Below are positions 13,713 through 26,379 of a stretch of DNA of 64,000 nucleotides, one piece after another. The DNA lies in the NCBI GenBank assembly GCA_002269645.1, contig NIVC01003145.1, positions 1 through 64,000 of the forward strand. The letters run 5' to 3'. The DNA is from Macrostomum lignano. Taxonomy: Eukaryota. Each line of letters begins with the position of its first letter. Position 1 is the stretch's first letter. A model generated the notes under the pieces. The model made no database searches. It was not told where the DNA came from and worked only from the letters and a program-made list of their open reading frames with translations. Both the position numbers and the translations under genes were made by a program.

Positions 13713-13917
13713 TTTAATTGCGGGAGACACATCTAGTTATTCTAGTATCTGTGATGCTAACAGTAAAACAAAATAGACGCGCACACAAATAGATAGGAGA
13801 AAGGAAATAACCGGAACTGCACACCAATTAAACTGTAATAAACTATATGTATATATATGACAGACAGACAGACAGACAGACAGAAATACAGACAGATAGA
13901 CAGACAGATACACAGAC

Positions 13918-13950
<33 letters not shown>

Positions 13951-13967
13951 AAGACAGACAGATAGAC

Positions 13968-14000
<33 letters not shown>

Positions 14001-14049
14001 AAGATAGACAGACAGACAGACAGAAAGACAGACAGATAGACAGACAGAC

Positions 14050-14088
<39 letters not shown>

Positions 14089-14133
14089 AAGACAGACAGA
14101 TAGACAGACAGACAGATAGACAGACAGACAGAC

Positions 14134-14228
<95 letters not shown>

Positions 14229-14231
14229 TAG

Positions 14232-14273
<42 letters not shown>

Positions 14274-14279
14274 GGACAG

Positions 14280-14311
<32 letters not shown>

Positions 14312-14312
14312 T
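13626..14312. repeat. (GACA)n microsatellite in two blocks (13626-13710, 13858-14312)
   Basis: Direct inspection. Confidence 0.97.
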
Positions 14313-15434
14313 CAGCAAAGCAACAGTAATATTTTGACATAAAAGTAAGTCTGCTCAACCGATCTGAATAGATGATTTCTGAAAGAACAGAGTAACTCAA
14401 TTGTAGCAGATCATACCGTTGAACAATGGAAAGTGAATTGACGAAAGCAAACTTGAGGAAGGAACACAATGCACAAACAAATAAAATAGATAAAATATCC
14501 TATCGACGCAGTGAAAGAAGAGCAATATACCAATACGCGCATATGAATTAATCTGAGAGTTAGCGCACTTTCAAAGCTATATAAACGCAACAATTCAATT
14601 AATTAAAAAAACAGCAGAATTTGCTGACTGAGCAAACTTGCTACTAACAGTACAACAATGCGAAAATATCGTCGAGTTTGAATAGGCGAGAGATAATTTA
14701 AATAATAATTAAAGAAAGCACAAATTTATCGACCGAACGAACAAATTTTAGCACAGAAGCGCTTAACTGTCTACTAATGTACATCAGTAGCCGAGTTAGT
14801 ATAAGTAGGCAAATTAAAGCTAACCAAAAAATAAACAAACCAAACTAACAGGACTATTTATAATGGCAGTTTTGTCATTGCACATTTTAAGCTACAATAA
14901 ACCGCAGCTCTGCAAAGCAAACGAGGAAAGATAAAACAAAAATACAAGCCACCAAACTAGACAGAAAGAACTGTTTTAACAAGAGAAAGCGTGATAAGTG
15001 CGCCTTATATATATTTATTTAAAAATAAAGAATATAATAACCGAAAATAAATGAAACAGACAAATGTGATCTGATTAAAAGTCGTCATAACTGTTCAATT
15101 GCATAAATATTATAAACACCATATATATAGAGGCATATTTGCATTCTACTTCGACTGACCGAAAGACAGAATGGCAATTCTTATAATATCATAATTTCCG
15201 ACGAGTACAGGATGTTAAACAGCTTCTTGGAAAATAAAGTCTACATTTTCAATCGATAATAATTGTTAAACTTGTTTAGTTGTAACACAATAAACTTAAA
15301 ATTAATAGAACTTGTAATTATAATCGTTAGTTAGATTCACTATTATTATAACTACGATGTTATTACTGAAACCCAGCAAATATAATTATTAACTAGTTTA
15401 GTATTTCAATGATTTCCGCCTTTCTTTGCTATTT

Positions 15435-15614
15435 TTAGCTGGATGCCGAATACAGGCCGCTTCCAGGCAGCGCATTGTTGACAGCGGCGGCAACAGCGGC
15501 GGCTGCGGAAGCGTTTGGCTGCTGCTGCTGTTGAAGCTGAGACCCAGCCGGATCCAGGGTGTTGCGCAACTGCTGCAGCCAGGCACGGATGCTGGAATCC
15601 TGCTGCATCACCTC
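15435..15614 (-). CDS. CNOT9: CNOT9/RCD1 exon 3 (terminal)
   Basis: Acceptor ATGCAG|GAG, phase 0. FQ|EVMQQDSSIRAWL aligns with human FAQVLKDDTTTKRWL. Ends at TAA. Confidence 0.85.
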   Translation of the reverse strand, partial: EVMQQDSSIRAWLQQLRNTLDPAGSQLQQQQQPNASAAAAVAAAVNNALPGSGLYSASS

Positions 15615-15744
15615 CTGCATCAGGTAAGACGAAATGTTGGCATTTGAATATATTGTGTGCAAGTTTGTCCAGAGAGGAAAATGGTTTGGATGATGGACAA
15701 GGTATAGTTGAAGGAAGAGAAAAAAGAAAGATCGGATGTAGGGA

Positions 15745-16660
15745 GAGGGGAAGGGAGAAGGAGTAAAGGGAGAGACGGGATGAAGGGAGGGAGACTGGAT
15801 GAAGGAGACACTAGATGAAGAGAGGGAGACTGCATGAAGGGAGGGAGACTGGATGAAGGAGACACTAGATGAAGAGAGGGAGACTAGATGAAGGAGAGAC
15901 ACTTGATGGAGAGACACTAGATGAAGAGAGGGAGACTGGATGAAGGGAGGGAGACTGGATGAAGAAGACACTAGATGAAGAGAGGGAGACTGCATGAAGG
16001 GAGGGAGACTGGATGAAGGAGACACTAGATGAAGAGAGGGAGACTGGATGAAGGGAGGGAGACTGGATGAAGGAGAGACACTAGATGAAGGAGAGACACT
16101 AGATGAAGAGAGGGAGACTGGATGAAGGGAGGGAGACTGGATGAAGGAGACACTTAATGAAGGAGAGACACCGGATGAAGGGATGTAGACTAGATGAAGG
16201 AAGGGAGACTGGATGAAGGAGGGGAGACTGGATGAAGCAGGGAGACTGGATGAGACAGGGAGACTGGATGAAGCAGGGAGACTGGATGAAGCAAGGAGAC
16301 TGGATGAAGGAGACACTAGATGAAGAGAGGGAGACTGGATGAAGGGAGGGAGACTGGATGAAGCAAGGAGACTGGATGAAGCAGGGAGACTGGATGAAGC
16401 AGGGAGACTGGATGAAGCAGGGATACTGGATGAAGCAGGGAGACTAGATGAAGAGAGGGAGACTGGATGAAGGGAGGGAGACTGGATGAAGCAGGGATAC
16501 TGGATGAAGCAGGGAGACTAGATGAAGAGAGGGAGACTGGATGAAGGGAGGGAGACTGGATGAAGCAGGGATACTGGATGAAGCAGGGAGACTAGATGAA
16601 GAGAGGGAGACTGGATGAAGGGAGGGAGACTGGATGAAGCAGGGAGACTAGATGAAGGGG
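15745..16660. repeat. Purine-rich 17-19 bp minisatellite filling CNOT9 intron 2
   Basis: GAAG(C/A)AGGGAGACTGGAT-type units. Confidence 0.95.
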
Positions 16661-16684
16661 AGGCAGCACAGACAGGAGCCTCAC

Positions 16685-17224
16685 CTGAAAGGTATCGTCT
16701 CTAAGCGCCTCGGGCAGGGTGGTAACCAAGGCCTGCCTAGCCCTAGGATTGTCAGCCAATCGGGTGTAGCAGCGGACCACAGGTTTGAGCAGTCTGGCGC
16801 TCATCTCCCTAGATAGGAATTGCACCATCTTGTTGAGTATAGCGCCAACGTGAGCGAATCTCTCGTAGGTCTGACAGATATAAGCCAGACCGGTCTCGTC
16901 AAGCAGAATCTTTTGCAATATAAAAGTGGCCACAGTTTTACTCAGCTCAGAGCCAGTTTCCATAATTCTCAAGCACAGCGGTATGATCTCGGTGTGCAAA
17001 AGGAAGGTGATCACCTCCCGATCGTCTGCTTTCACTAAGGCGCCAATAACGCCAAGCGAAGTCAGTCGAAGATATTCGAACGGCCTAGTCCGACTGGATG
17101 TGTGCAAAAACGGATATAGATAGAGAGGTATGGAGGCTTGCAGGAATCGAGCTCGCGTCTCCGGGTGAGAGGCCACGCATTGGAGCAGAGCGAGGGCGTG
17201 ACAGACTCGGTTGGACTGATGAGC
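16685..17224 (-). CDS. CNOT9: CNOT9/RCD1 exon 2
   Basis: [24 protein letters not shown]...[19 protein letters not shown]...[17 protein letters not shown]. Acceptor CTCAG|GCT, donor CAG|GTGAG; 540 bp, phase 0. Confidence 0.96.
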
Positions 17225-17444
17225 CTGAGAGGTGTGGCGTTTTTATTGCTAGTATCATTAACATTATTAATATTATTATTATTAGTAGTAGTAGTAGCAG
17301 AAGTACGAGTAGTAGTAGCAACACATAAACGGCGATTGAAAACTTCCTTATCATATCTCCGCACATTTTCTCACACACTATGCTGTTTATTAAAATATTG
17401 AATTTAATTTCTAAAATATATACGAGCTAGATCTAATTTTCAAT

Positions 17445-17790
17445 ATAGATCTTATACCCTTCTCACCTTAGATCTCATAACCTTCTCACCCCTTTTAACC
17501 ATAGATCTCAACCATAGATAACCGTCTCACCAGATCTCACAAAACCTTTTCACCCCTAGATCTCATAACATTCTCACACCAGATCTCAACATTCTCACCC
17601 CTAGATCTCATAACCTTCCCACCCTAGATCTCAAGACCTTGTCACACCAGATCACATAACCGTCACCCGTAACCTCGTAACCTTCTCACTCCAGATCTCA
17701 CAACTTTTTTACCCCTAGATTTCATAACATTCTCACAACAGATCTCAACATGAGAAATTCACAGATTTCACATCCTTCTCTCAATCCTAG
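17445..17790. repeat. Degenerate ~24-bp AGATCTCA-based repeat in CNOT9 intron 1
   Basis: Recurring (T)AGATCTCA...CTTCTCAC units. Confidence 0.8.
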
Positions 17791-17825
17791 ATCTCATAAA
17801 GTCCCTCATAGTCGGACTGGCTCAC

Positions 17826-18215
17826 CGACAGCACGGGCGGGTGAATGCAAGGATAGATCTGCACAATCTCCTGCAGCAAGGCGGCCACGGTGCCGAAGGA
17901 ATTCCACAGCAGAGGCGCCAGATCCGGGATCGAGTCGCGCTTTCTGGACAATTCCAGCAGAGCCGACTCTCTGGTAGAAGAATTATTCAACTCTTGAATC
18001 CACTTATAGATCACCTCTTTTTCTTGCTGCTGCTGCTGTTGTTGCAGAATTTGCAACTGCTGATGCAGCTGATGATGCTGAGGACTGCCAGCGTGCGGCA
18101 CCATAGATGAGGCGATTGACATTGACGACAGATTAGCGTTGCTAACTGGAGTTAATGATGAAGAGCTTACTATACCGTGATGCTGATGCTGATGAAGCTG
18201 GTGCAGGTGATTCAT
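17826..18215 (-). CDS. CNOT9: CNOT9/RCD1 exon 1 (CCR4-NOT subunit 9)
   Basis: His/Gln-rich N-terminus, then IYKWIQEL...[37 protein letters not shown]. Donor TCG|GTGAG. Confidence 0.93.
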
Positions 18216-18300
18216 CTTGTTGATTGTGATATCGGATATTTCACAGCTGAAACAGGCGCATCATCAGCACGGAAGCCAATTAACTAAAATTATACTGATT

Positions 18301-21300
18301 TGGGGATATTCTAGAGGGGATGTGTCGCAGTGGGAAGATTCTAGAGGGGATGTGTCGCAGTGGGGAGATTCTAGAGGGGATGTGTCGCAGTGGGGAGATT
18401 CTAGAGGGGATGTGTTTAATTGGGGAGATTCTAGAGGGGATGTGTCTAATTGGGGAGATTCTAGAGGGGATGTGTCTAATTGGGGAGATTCTAGAGGGGA
18501 TGTGTCTAATTGGGGAGATTCTAGAGGGGATGTGTCGCAGTGGGGAGATTCTAGAGGGGATGTGTCGCAGTGGGGAGATTCTAGAGGGGATGTGTCGCAG
18601 TGGGAAGATTCTAGAGGGGATGTGTCGCAGTGGGGAGATTCTAGAGGAGATGTGTCGCAGTGGGGAGATTCTAGAGGGGATGTGTCTAACTGGGGAGATT
18701 CTAGAGAGGATGTGTCTAATTGGGGAGATTCTAGAGGGGATGTGTCACAGTGGGGAGATTCTAGAGGGGATGTGTCTAATTGGGGAGATTCTAGAGGGGA
18801 TGTGTCGCAGTGGGAAGATTCTAGAGGGGATGTGTCGCAGTGGGGAGATTCTAGAGGGGATGTGTCGCAGTGGGAAAATTCTAGAGGGGATGTGTTTGTG
18901 GGAAGATTCTAGAGGGGATGTGTCGCAGTGGGGAGATTCTAGAGGGGATGTGTCTCAGTGGGAAGATTCTAGAGAGGATGTGTCGCAGTGGGGAGATTCT
19001 AGAGGGGTTGTGTCTAATTGGGGAGATTCTAGAGAGGATGTGTCTAATTGGGGAGATTCTAGAGGGGATGTGTCTCAGTGGGGAGATTCTAGAGGGGATG
19101 TGTCGCAGTGGGGAGATTCTAGAGGGGATGTGTCGCAGTGGGAAGATTCTAGAGGGGATGTGTTTGTGGGAAGATTCTAGAGGGGATGTGACGCAGTGGG
19201 GAGATTCTAGAGGGGATGTGTCTCAGTGGGAAGATTCTAGAGGGGATGTGTCGCAGTGGGGAGATTCTAGAGGGGATGTGTCTCAGTGGGAAGATTCTAG
19301 AGGGGATGTGTCTCAGTGGGGAGATTCTAGAGGGGATGTGTCTCAGTGGGAAGATTCTAGAGGGGATGTGTCTCAGTGGGAAGATTCTAGAGGGGATGTG
19401 TCTCAGTGGGAAGATTCTAGAGGGGATGTGTCTCAGTGGGGAGATTCTAGAGGGGATGTCTCGGTGGGAAGATTCTAGAGAGGATGTGTCTAATTGGGGA
19501 GATTCTAGAGGGGATGTGTCTCAGTGGGGAGATTCTAGAGGAGATGTGTTTAATTGGGGAGATTCTAGAGGGGATGTGTCTAATTGGGGAGATTCTAGAG
19601 GGGATGTGTCTAATTGGGGAGATTCTAGAGGGGATGTGTCTAATTGGGGAGATTCTAGAGGGGATGTGTCGCAGTGGGGAGATTCTAGAGGGGATGTGTC
19701 GCAGTGGGGAGATTCTAGAGGGGATGTGTCGCAGTGGGAAGATTCTAGAGGGGATGTGTCGCAGTGGGGAGATTCTAGAGGAGATGTGTCGCAGTGGGGA
19801 GATTCTAGAGGGGATGTGTCTAACTGGGGAGATTCTAGAGAGGATGTGTCTAATTGGGGAGATTCTAGAGGGGATGTGTCTCAGTGGGGAGATTCTAGAG
19901 GGGATGTGTCGCAGTGGGGAGATTCTAGAGGGGATGTGTCGCAGTGGGAAGATTCTAGAGGGGATGTGTTTGTGGGAAGATTCTAGAGGGGATGTGACGC
20001 AGTGGGGAGATTCTAGAGGGGATGTGTCTCAGTGGGAAGATTCTAGAGGGGATGTGTCGCAGTGGGGAGATTCTAGAGGGGATGTGTCTCAGTGGGAAGA
20101 TTCTAGAGGGGATGTGTCTCAGTGGGGAGATTCTAGAGGGGATGTGTCTCAGTGGGAAGATTCTAGAGGGGATGTGTCTCAGTGGGAAGATTCTAGAGGG
20201 GATGTGTCTCAGTGGGAAGATTCTAGAGGGGATGTGTCTCAGTGGGGAGATTCTAGAGGGGATGTCTCGGTGGGAAGATTCTAGAGAGGATGTGTCACAG
20301 TGGGGAGATTCTAGAGGGGATGTGTCTAATTGGGGAGATTCTAGAGGGGATGTGTCGCAGTGGGAAGATTCTAGAGGGGATGTGTCGCAGTGGGGAGATT
20401 CTAGAGGGGATGTGTCGCAGTGGAAAAATTCTAGAGGGGATGTGTTTGTGGGAAGATTCTAGAGGGGATGTGTCGCAGTGGGGAGATTCTAGAGGGGATG
20501 TGTCTCAGTGGGAAGATTCTAGAGGGGATGTGTCGCAGTGGGGAGATTCTAGAGGGGTTGTGTCTAATTGGGGAGATTCTAGAGAGGATGTGTCTAATTG
20601 GGGAGATTCTAGAGGGGATGTGTCTCAGTGGGGAGATTCTAGAGGGGATGTGTCGCAGTGGGGAGATTCTAGAGGGGATGTGTCGCAGTGGGAAGATTCT
20701 AGAGGGGATGTGTTTGTGGGAAGATTCTAGAGAGGATGTGTCTAATAGGGGAGATTCTAGAGGGGATGTGTCTCAGTGGGAAGATTCTAGAGGGGATGTG
20801 TCGCAGTGGGGAGATTCTAGAGGGGATGTGTCTCAGTGGGAAGATTCTAGAGGGGATGTGTCTCAGTGGGGAGATTCTAGAGGGGATGTGTCTCAGTGGG
20901 AAGATTCTAGAGGGGATGTGTCTCAGTGGGAAGATTCTAGAGGGGATGTGTCTCAGTGGGAAGATTCTAGAGGGGATGTGTCTCAGTGGGGAGATTCTAG
21001 AGGGGATGTCTCGGTGGGAAGATTCTAGAGAGGATGTGTCTAATTGGGGAGATTCTAGAGGGGATGTGTCTCAGTGGGGAGATTCTAGAGGAGATGTGTC
21101 GCAGTGGGAAGATTCTAGAGGGGATGTGTCGCAGTGGGAAAATTCTAGAGGGGATGTGTCTCAGTGGGAAGATTCTAGAGGGGATGTGTCTCAGTGGGGA
21201 GATTCTAAAGGGGATGTGTCTCAGTGGGAAGATTCTAGAGGGGATGTGTCTCAGTGGGGAAATTCTAGAGGGGATGTGTCTCAGTGGGAAGATTCTAGAG

Positions 21301-22018
21301 GGGATGTCTCGGTGGGAAGATTCTAGAGAGGATGTGTCTAATAGGGGAGATTCTAGAGGGGATGTGTCTCAGTGGGGAGATTCTAGAGGAGATGTGTCGC
21401 AGTGGGAAGATTCTAGAGGGGATGTGTCTCAGTGGGAAGATTCTAGAGGGGATGTGTCTCAGTGGGAAGATTCTAGAGGGGATGTGTCTCAGTGGGAAGA
21501 TTCTAGAGGGGATGTGTCTCAGTGGGAAGATTCTAGAGGGGATGTGTCTCAGTGGGAAGATTCTAGAGGGGATGTGTCTCAGTGGGGAGATTCTAGAGGG
21601 GATGTGTTTGTGGGAAGATTCTAGAGGGGATGTGTCACAGTGGGAAGATTCTAGAGGGGATGTGTCTCAGTGGGAAGATTCTAGAGGGGATGTGTCTCAG
21701 TGGGGAGATTCTAGAGGGGATGTCTCGGTGGGAAGATTCTAGAGAGGATGTGTCTAATTGGGGAGATTTTAGAGGGGATGTGTCTCAGTGGGGAGATTCT
21801 AGAGGAGATGTGTCGCAGTGAGAAGATTCTAGAGGGGATGTGTCTCAGTGGGAAGATTCTAGAGGGGATGTGTCTCAGTGGGGAGATTCTAGAGGGGATG
21901 TGTCTCAGTGGGAAGATTCTAGAGGGGATGTGTTTCAGTGGGAAGATTCTAGAGGGGATGTGTCTCAGTGGGGAGATTCTAGAGGAGATGTGTCGCAGTG
22001 GGAGATTCTAGAGGGGAT
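18301..22018. repeat. 3.7-kb G-rich 30-bp minisatellite with higher-order blocks
   Basis: Consensus TGGG(G/A)AGATTCTAGAGGGGATGTGTC(G/T)CAG, with interspersed 28-bp variant units. Confidence 0.98.
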
Positions 22019-23069
22019 TTACTGTGTGTATTTGTTTTACTGCAATAGTTAAAAGACTGTCAGAAAACAGCAAACATAGGAAAAAATCAAAATAAGTCAA
22101 AAAAATCAAAAAATCAAAATATTTTATCCTAAGCGTTTTGATCCAGATGAAATTTGGTTATAACTGTTACTGAGTTGACAATCAAGAAAGTGCCATAACA
22201 AATAAAAAATCAATGAAAAGAAAGTGCAATAATTTGTAAAAATTTGAGCAACAAGTCTCCAAGAGTTTTTAAAATACTTTTTTAACAGTTTGAATCAAAA
22301 GGGGATTTTAGTAGGTAAATTTGTGTTTTAAATAAAATAAAGTTAATTAGTAAAAACCGAAACAACAGGAAGATGGACAATTGAGAAATAGCGATATTTT
22401 TAGTTTGAAAGGTGAAATGTAACCTAACCAATTAAAGCACTAAAGCACTGAACAGCTGTTTAAAAAAATTGCAGGCATAAAAGTTTCTTGCCTAATTAAG
22501 GCAAGATAAGAAACGAATGATTGATTTTTAAAGAAGAAAAATGGTAAAAATGATTAATACGTTCAGAATACTACTCTAAGTAAAATTTTACGTGAAAAAT
22601 AATGATCGGCATTGATCGCGTTCGGAAGCCAGAATTTTCGGAATGTATTCTAAGAAACAAATCTAATATACTCGCAGCAAAAATGCTACAAAAATCGAAA
22701 TATCCTACTTAGAGTTAGTAAGTAGCGCGCAGCGCATAAACATAGCTAAATATGAGAGATTCCTAGAAAAATGGGAGACAAAAGAGAATTGATTGTGACG
22801 GAATGGGTTGGCAAACATCGTAAATGGATGGCACTGACAGAAGCAGTAGCAAACAGCAGTTAATTTTGACTGCTAGGAAGGTAAAATTTTCATTGCACAA
22901 AAGCTACTATTCAGTAATAAAATATAAATAATTGTAACTGCAACGCTAAATTTGCCTACTTTAACAAAAAAAGTGTCCGATATGTATCGAAATAAATGTA
23001 ATAGACATGCTAAGAAACTGCCGTTTAATTTATTTTAGCACACTACTAACAGTAGCAATATTTCCCTAT

Positions 23070-23137
23070 GATCGTGGACGAGTGGTTTTTGCGCCTGCTT
23101 TCCAATCTGCAGGACGGGGGTTCGAGCTCCGAAACTC
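23070..23137 (+). pseudogene. Degenerate tRNA-like / SINE-head fragment
   Basis: A-box-like TGGACGAGTGG and B-box GGTTCGAGCTCC at tRNA-like spacing. No clean cloverleaf. Confidence 0.35.
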
Positions 23138-23297
23138 TGTTAATATGGTTTTTTTTCAAATTCAAAACATACCCGATATGTTTTGAAATAAATGAATTGA
23201 TTTTGGAACTCATCAAAACGAATATAAATTCATAAGTTTTTGCAAAACTATTCTGCACCCGATGATGCCGATATGTATCGAAATAAATTTATAAAAT

Positions 23298-23481
23298 CTA
23301 CTTCAGAGAGCTAAACAGGCCGCCGCTGCTACTGCCGCCGCCGCGCTGCGACCGCGAAACAAGCGGCTTTTGCTGCTGCTGCTTTTGTCGGCGCTTAAAC
23401 TCGGCGATTTCTTCGTCTAAAGCTCGACTAGCGGCGCTTAAACGGGCAGCTCGTTCGGCGTCCCGCTTCTCCTGGGCGTTT
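23298..23481 (-). CDS. Septin exon 6 (terminal coiled coil)
   Basis: Acceptor CCCCAG|A, phase 2. ...LDEEIAEFKRRQ...LFSSLK*, comparable with SEPT6 LDDEVNAFKQR. Confidence 0.85.
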
Positions 23482-23559
23482 CTGGGGATAGGGGGGGGGA
23501 GAAAAAAAAGGATAAATCACAATTATGATTCTCGGTGAAAGTATTCAAGTAAAATTCGT

Positions 23560-24235
23560 CACTAATTAGATTCCCTAAAAAGATAGTCATGGATGGGATT
23601 CCCCAACGAATAATTATTGACGGGATTACCCAAAAAGAACGCGCATTTATGCGATTTCCCAAGAAAGAATAATCATCGAAGAAACTCCCCAAAACAAATA
23701 ATCCCCTATGGGATTCCCCAAAATAATCATGGAAGGGGTTCTACCAAAAACCATCAATGATGAGATTCTCCAAACAACCATGGATATGATTCCCCAAAGA
23801 ATAATTATTGATGGAAGTCCCAAAAAAGAATAATCATGGAAGAAACTCCGAACGAAATAATTACGAATGGGATTCCCTAAAGAAATCATCATTGATGGGA
23901 TTCCCCAAAAATAATCAGTGATGGGCTTCCCCAAAAAATAATCATGGATGGGATTCCCCCAAAAAATCATCGATAGGATTTCTCCTAAAAGAAGAATCAT
24001 CGAGGGGATTCCCCTAAAAAATCATTATTGGTGGTATTTCCCAAAAATAGATGGGATTCCCGCAAAAAACCATTGATGGACTTCCCCAAATAATAATCAT
24101 TGTGGGATTCTTAGAAAATAATCAAGGATGGGATTCCCCAAAAAAATCGATGGGATTTCCCCAAAGAAATAATCATCGATGGGATTCCCTCGATCAAAGA
24201 CGAAGTGGATTCCCAATTCCAATCATCCCCTCATG
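23560..24235. repeat. Degenerate ~26-bp GATGGGATTCCCCAAAAAATAATCAT repeat in septin intron 5
   Basis: Direct inspection. Confidence 0.85.
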
Positions 24236-24258
24236 ACAATCGATGCAATGTCACTCAC

Positions 24259-24680
24259 TTCCTAGCAACCAGCGCCGCAATGTCCCGTTCAACTTTGGCG
24301 TCGATCTCGCCAGCCCGCTGAAGGGTCAGCTGGTGCTGGGCATCTTTAGCGCTGCGCATTGCGGCTGCCAGCGATTCGCGCTGTCGCTCGTGCAACTCGC
24401 CCAGGCTGAGGCCGTCCTCTTCGCTGAATCCCAGCTCTAATAGTCGACGCCTGCGATAATTTTCGTAGTGCAATTCCCGCGTGACCTGGCGCAGGTGTTC
24501 GGTGTTGTGCAGCAGCAGGGCCGCTCTCAGCGGCGCCGTGTCGCAATGAGTCTCGTCGTCGACGCAGACGGCGCCCCAGGGGTATTGGCGACCGCGCGCG
24601 ATGCGGGCGCCGCCGCCTCCCTTGGCGCCAAGGGAGTACAGCGGCTCGTCACCGCCTACTACAGCGAATGGGATTAAGGC
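24259..24680 (-). CDS. Septin exon 5
   Basis: ALIPFAVVG...RGRQYPWG...HCD...HYENYRRRRL. Acceptor GACAG|GCC, donor AA|GTGAGT. Confidence 0.93.
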
Positions 24681-24759
24681 CTGTCACGGAATGTTGGGAT
24701 TTGCTTGGGGATTTTGATTGCCATTAAAAATATGCACGAAACAGAATCGAAATTCTCAC

Positions 24760-24849
24760 GTTGAGCTTGGCGTTGACTTCGCTGACCTCCTCTTCATCGG
24801 TTGGAAACTGGCACACCCGAATGCCGTGATCGTTCAAGTCACTCAGTAT
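24760..24849 (-). CDS. Septin exon 4
   Basis: ILSDLNDHGIRVCQFPTDEEEVSEVNAKLN; canonical AG/GT, 90 bp. Confidence 0.9.
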
Positions 24850-25327
24850 CTGATTTTGTGATGCAGAAGATAACACAAAATTAATCGCTCCTATTCTTTA
24901 TAAAAACATATAAAGAGTTTATCACGATCATCTCCTTATTCAAGCATTTGAAGCTCCAAATGAAGGGATTGGCTTAAAGAAATCGGGACCCAATGCTTCA
25001 GGCTTCATTCTAGAGCTTTAAGTTTACATCCTCTTTTGGGGCTAAATTGGAATCTCGGCTTGGCTCTGCTCGTTCAATCAACGCCCTTGAAGGCCAACCC
25101 GTGTACCCGTGAAGTGTACATGCCTAACGATAAATAAAGTCAGGGCCGTCGCTGTACACTCCTGTGTGAGTGTGTGCCAGCGCGTATGACTGCGTACGTA
25201 TCCGCGCGCTTGTGTTGTTGCAGGTAACACACGGGTAAAATAGGAAAGAAGTGACTCTTAGATGACTCTTAAAACGACGAGATCTCACGGTACAAGTCGT
25301 CAAAGAGTCAATTTGAGACGTTTTATT

Positions 25328-25680
25328 GGGGTGCTTTCACAAGGTCGAAATTTCACAACGTCGAAAAGTAATTTATTTCACAAGGTCGAAACTTCACAAG
25401 ATCGAAATTTCACAACACCGAAAACTCTAGCAAGAGATTTCATAAAGTCGAAATTTCACAAGGTCGAAACTTCATAAGCTCGAAATTTCACAACGTCGAA
25501 AATTTAATATAACAAGAACCATACAGTAGTTTCCTACGTTGTGAAATTTCGACCATATGAAGTCTCTTGCTAAAGTTTTCGATGTTGTGAATGTGAAATT
25601 TCGACCTTGTGAAATTTCGATCTTGTGGAAGAATGTGCTTTCGACGTTGTGAAATTTCGAGTTTGTGAAACCCCCCCCCC
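25328..25680. mobile_element. Mutator-like MITE in septin intron 3
   Basis: G-run-starting TIRs with TTTCACAA..TCGAAATTTCACAAC subterminal repeats and a perfect 9-bp TSD CGTTTTATT (25319-25327, 25681-25689). Confidence 0.85.
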
Positions 25681-26037
25681 CGTTTTATTGTCTGGAGCTG
25701 TAAAGTCGTAACTGATGCGTTCTAGAGTTGCTTTAGAATCTCACTGGGTGGCGTCTAAAGCGCATTTGTGCCACTTTATCAATTCAACTCGCATTTTGAT
25801 TCTTTTTAGTTTAACTACTGAGTAAGTAGAAAGTTAAGCGCTAACACAACGACTCTTGGACGAATTTTTTATGAGACTGAGTTCATGACTCAGAGTCGCT
25901 AGAGACAATAGTGAGTTGTTAGCAATAACTATTTAGCGATTCTTGTCACGGTAACGTTATTAACAGGGCGCGCACAGTCTGCCACACTACCAATGCACAA
26001 GTATAACAGCAATGCATAAAGGTAATAGAACTCTTAC

Positions 26038-26155
26038 CCGAGCCTTAAACTTCTGCAGATCGCCTTTAGTAATGGTATCTGACTTGGCTATGAGTGGCAC
26101 AATGTTGACCTGGCCGTCCAGCGCTTTCAGAGTCACAAGATCGATGGGCTTTAGG
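26038..26155 (-). CDS. Septin exon 3 (G4 motif AKSD)
   Basis: [39 protein letters not shown]. Acceptor CTCAG|C, donor CGG|GTAAG. Confidence 0.93.
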
Positions 26156-26379
26156 CTGAGAGAAAAAAATGTTCCAATCAAGGGTATTGAAAGTTATTTT
26201 GGTCAAAAAAATCGGTAATTTGAGACATAAAATCGGCCAGAAACTACACATATGCGCCATACTTAGTACTACTATGTACCATAGTATAGTAACACCTGAA
26301 CTAAAGTACATTTAGCACCAGATGTACATAGTTAGGAAAATCTTGACTGAAAAAAATAAAAAAAGCAAATTATTCATTT

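Noticed and set aside
13466-14469. (CLSV)n and (DRQT)n ORFs
   Set aside because: Translations of the GACA microsatellite.
18301-22018. CRISPR-like regular ~30-bp periodicity
   Set aside because: The units are contiguous with no unique spacers, there are no cas genes, and the context is eukaryotic.
18217-22052. ORFs encoding (WGDSRGDVSQ)n with repeated RGD integrin motifs, suggestive of an adhesive protein
   Set aside because: These are translations of a 30-bp minisatellite. The 28-bp units break the frame every few hundred bp, there is no signal peptide or proper start, and the region is upstream and antisense of CNOT9.
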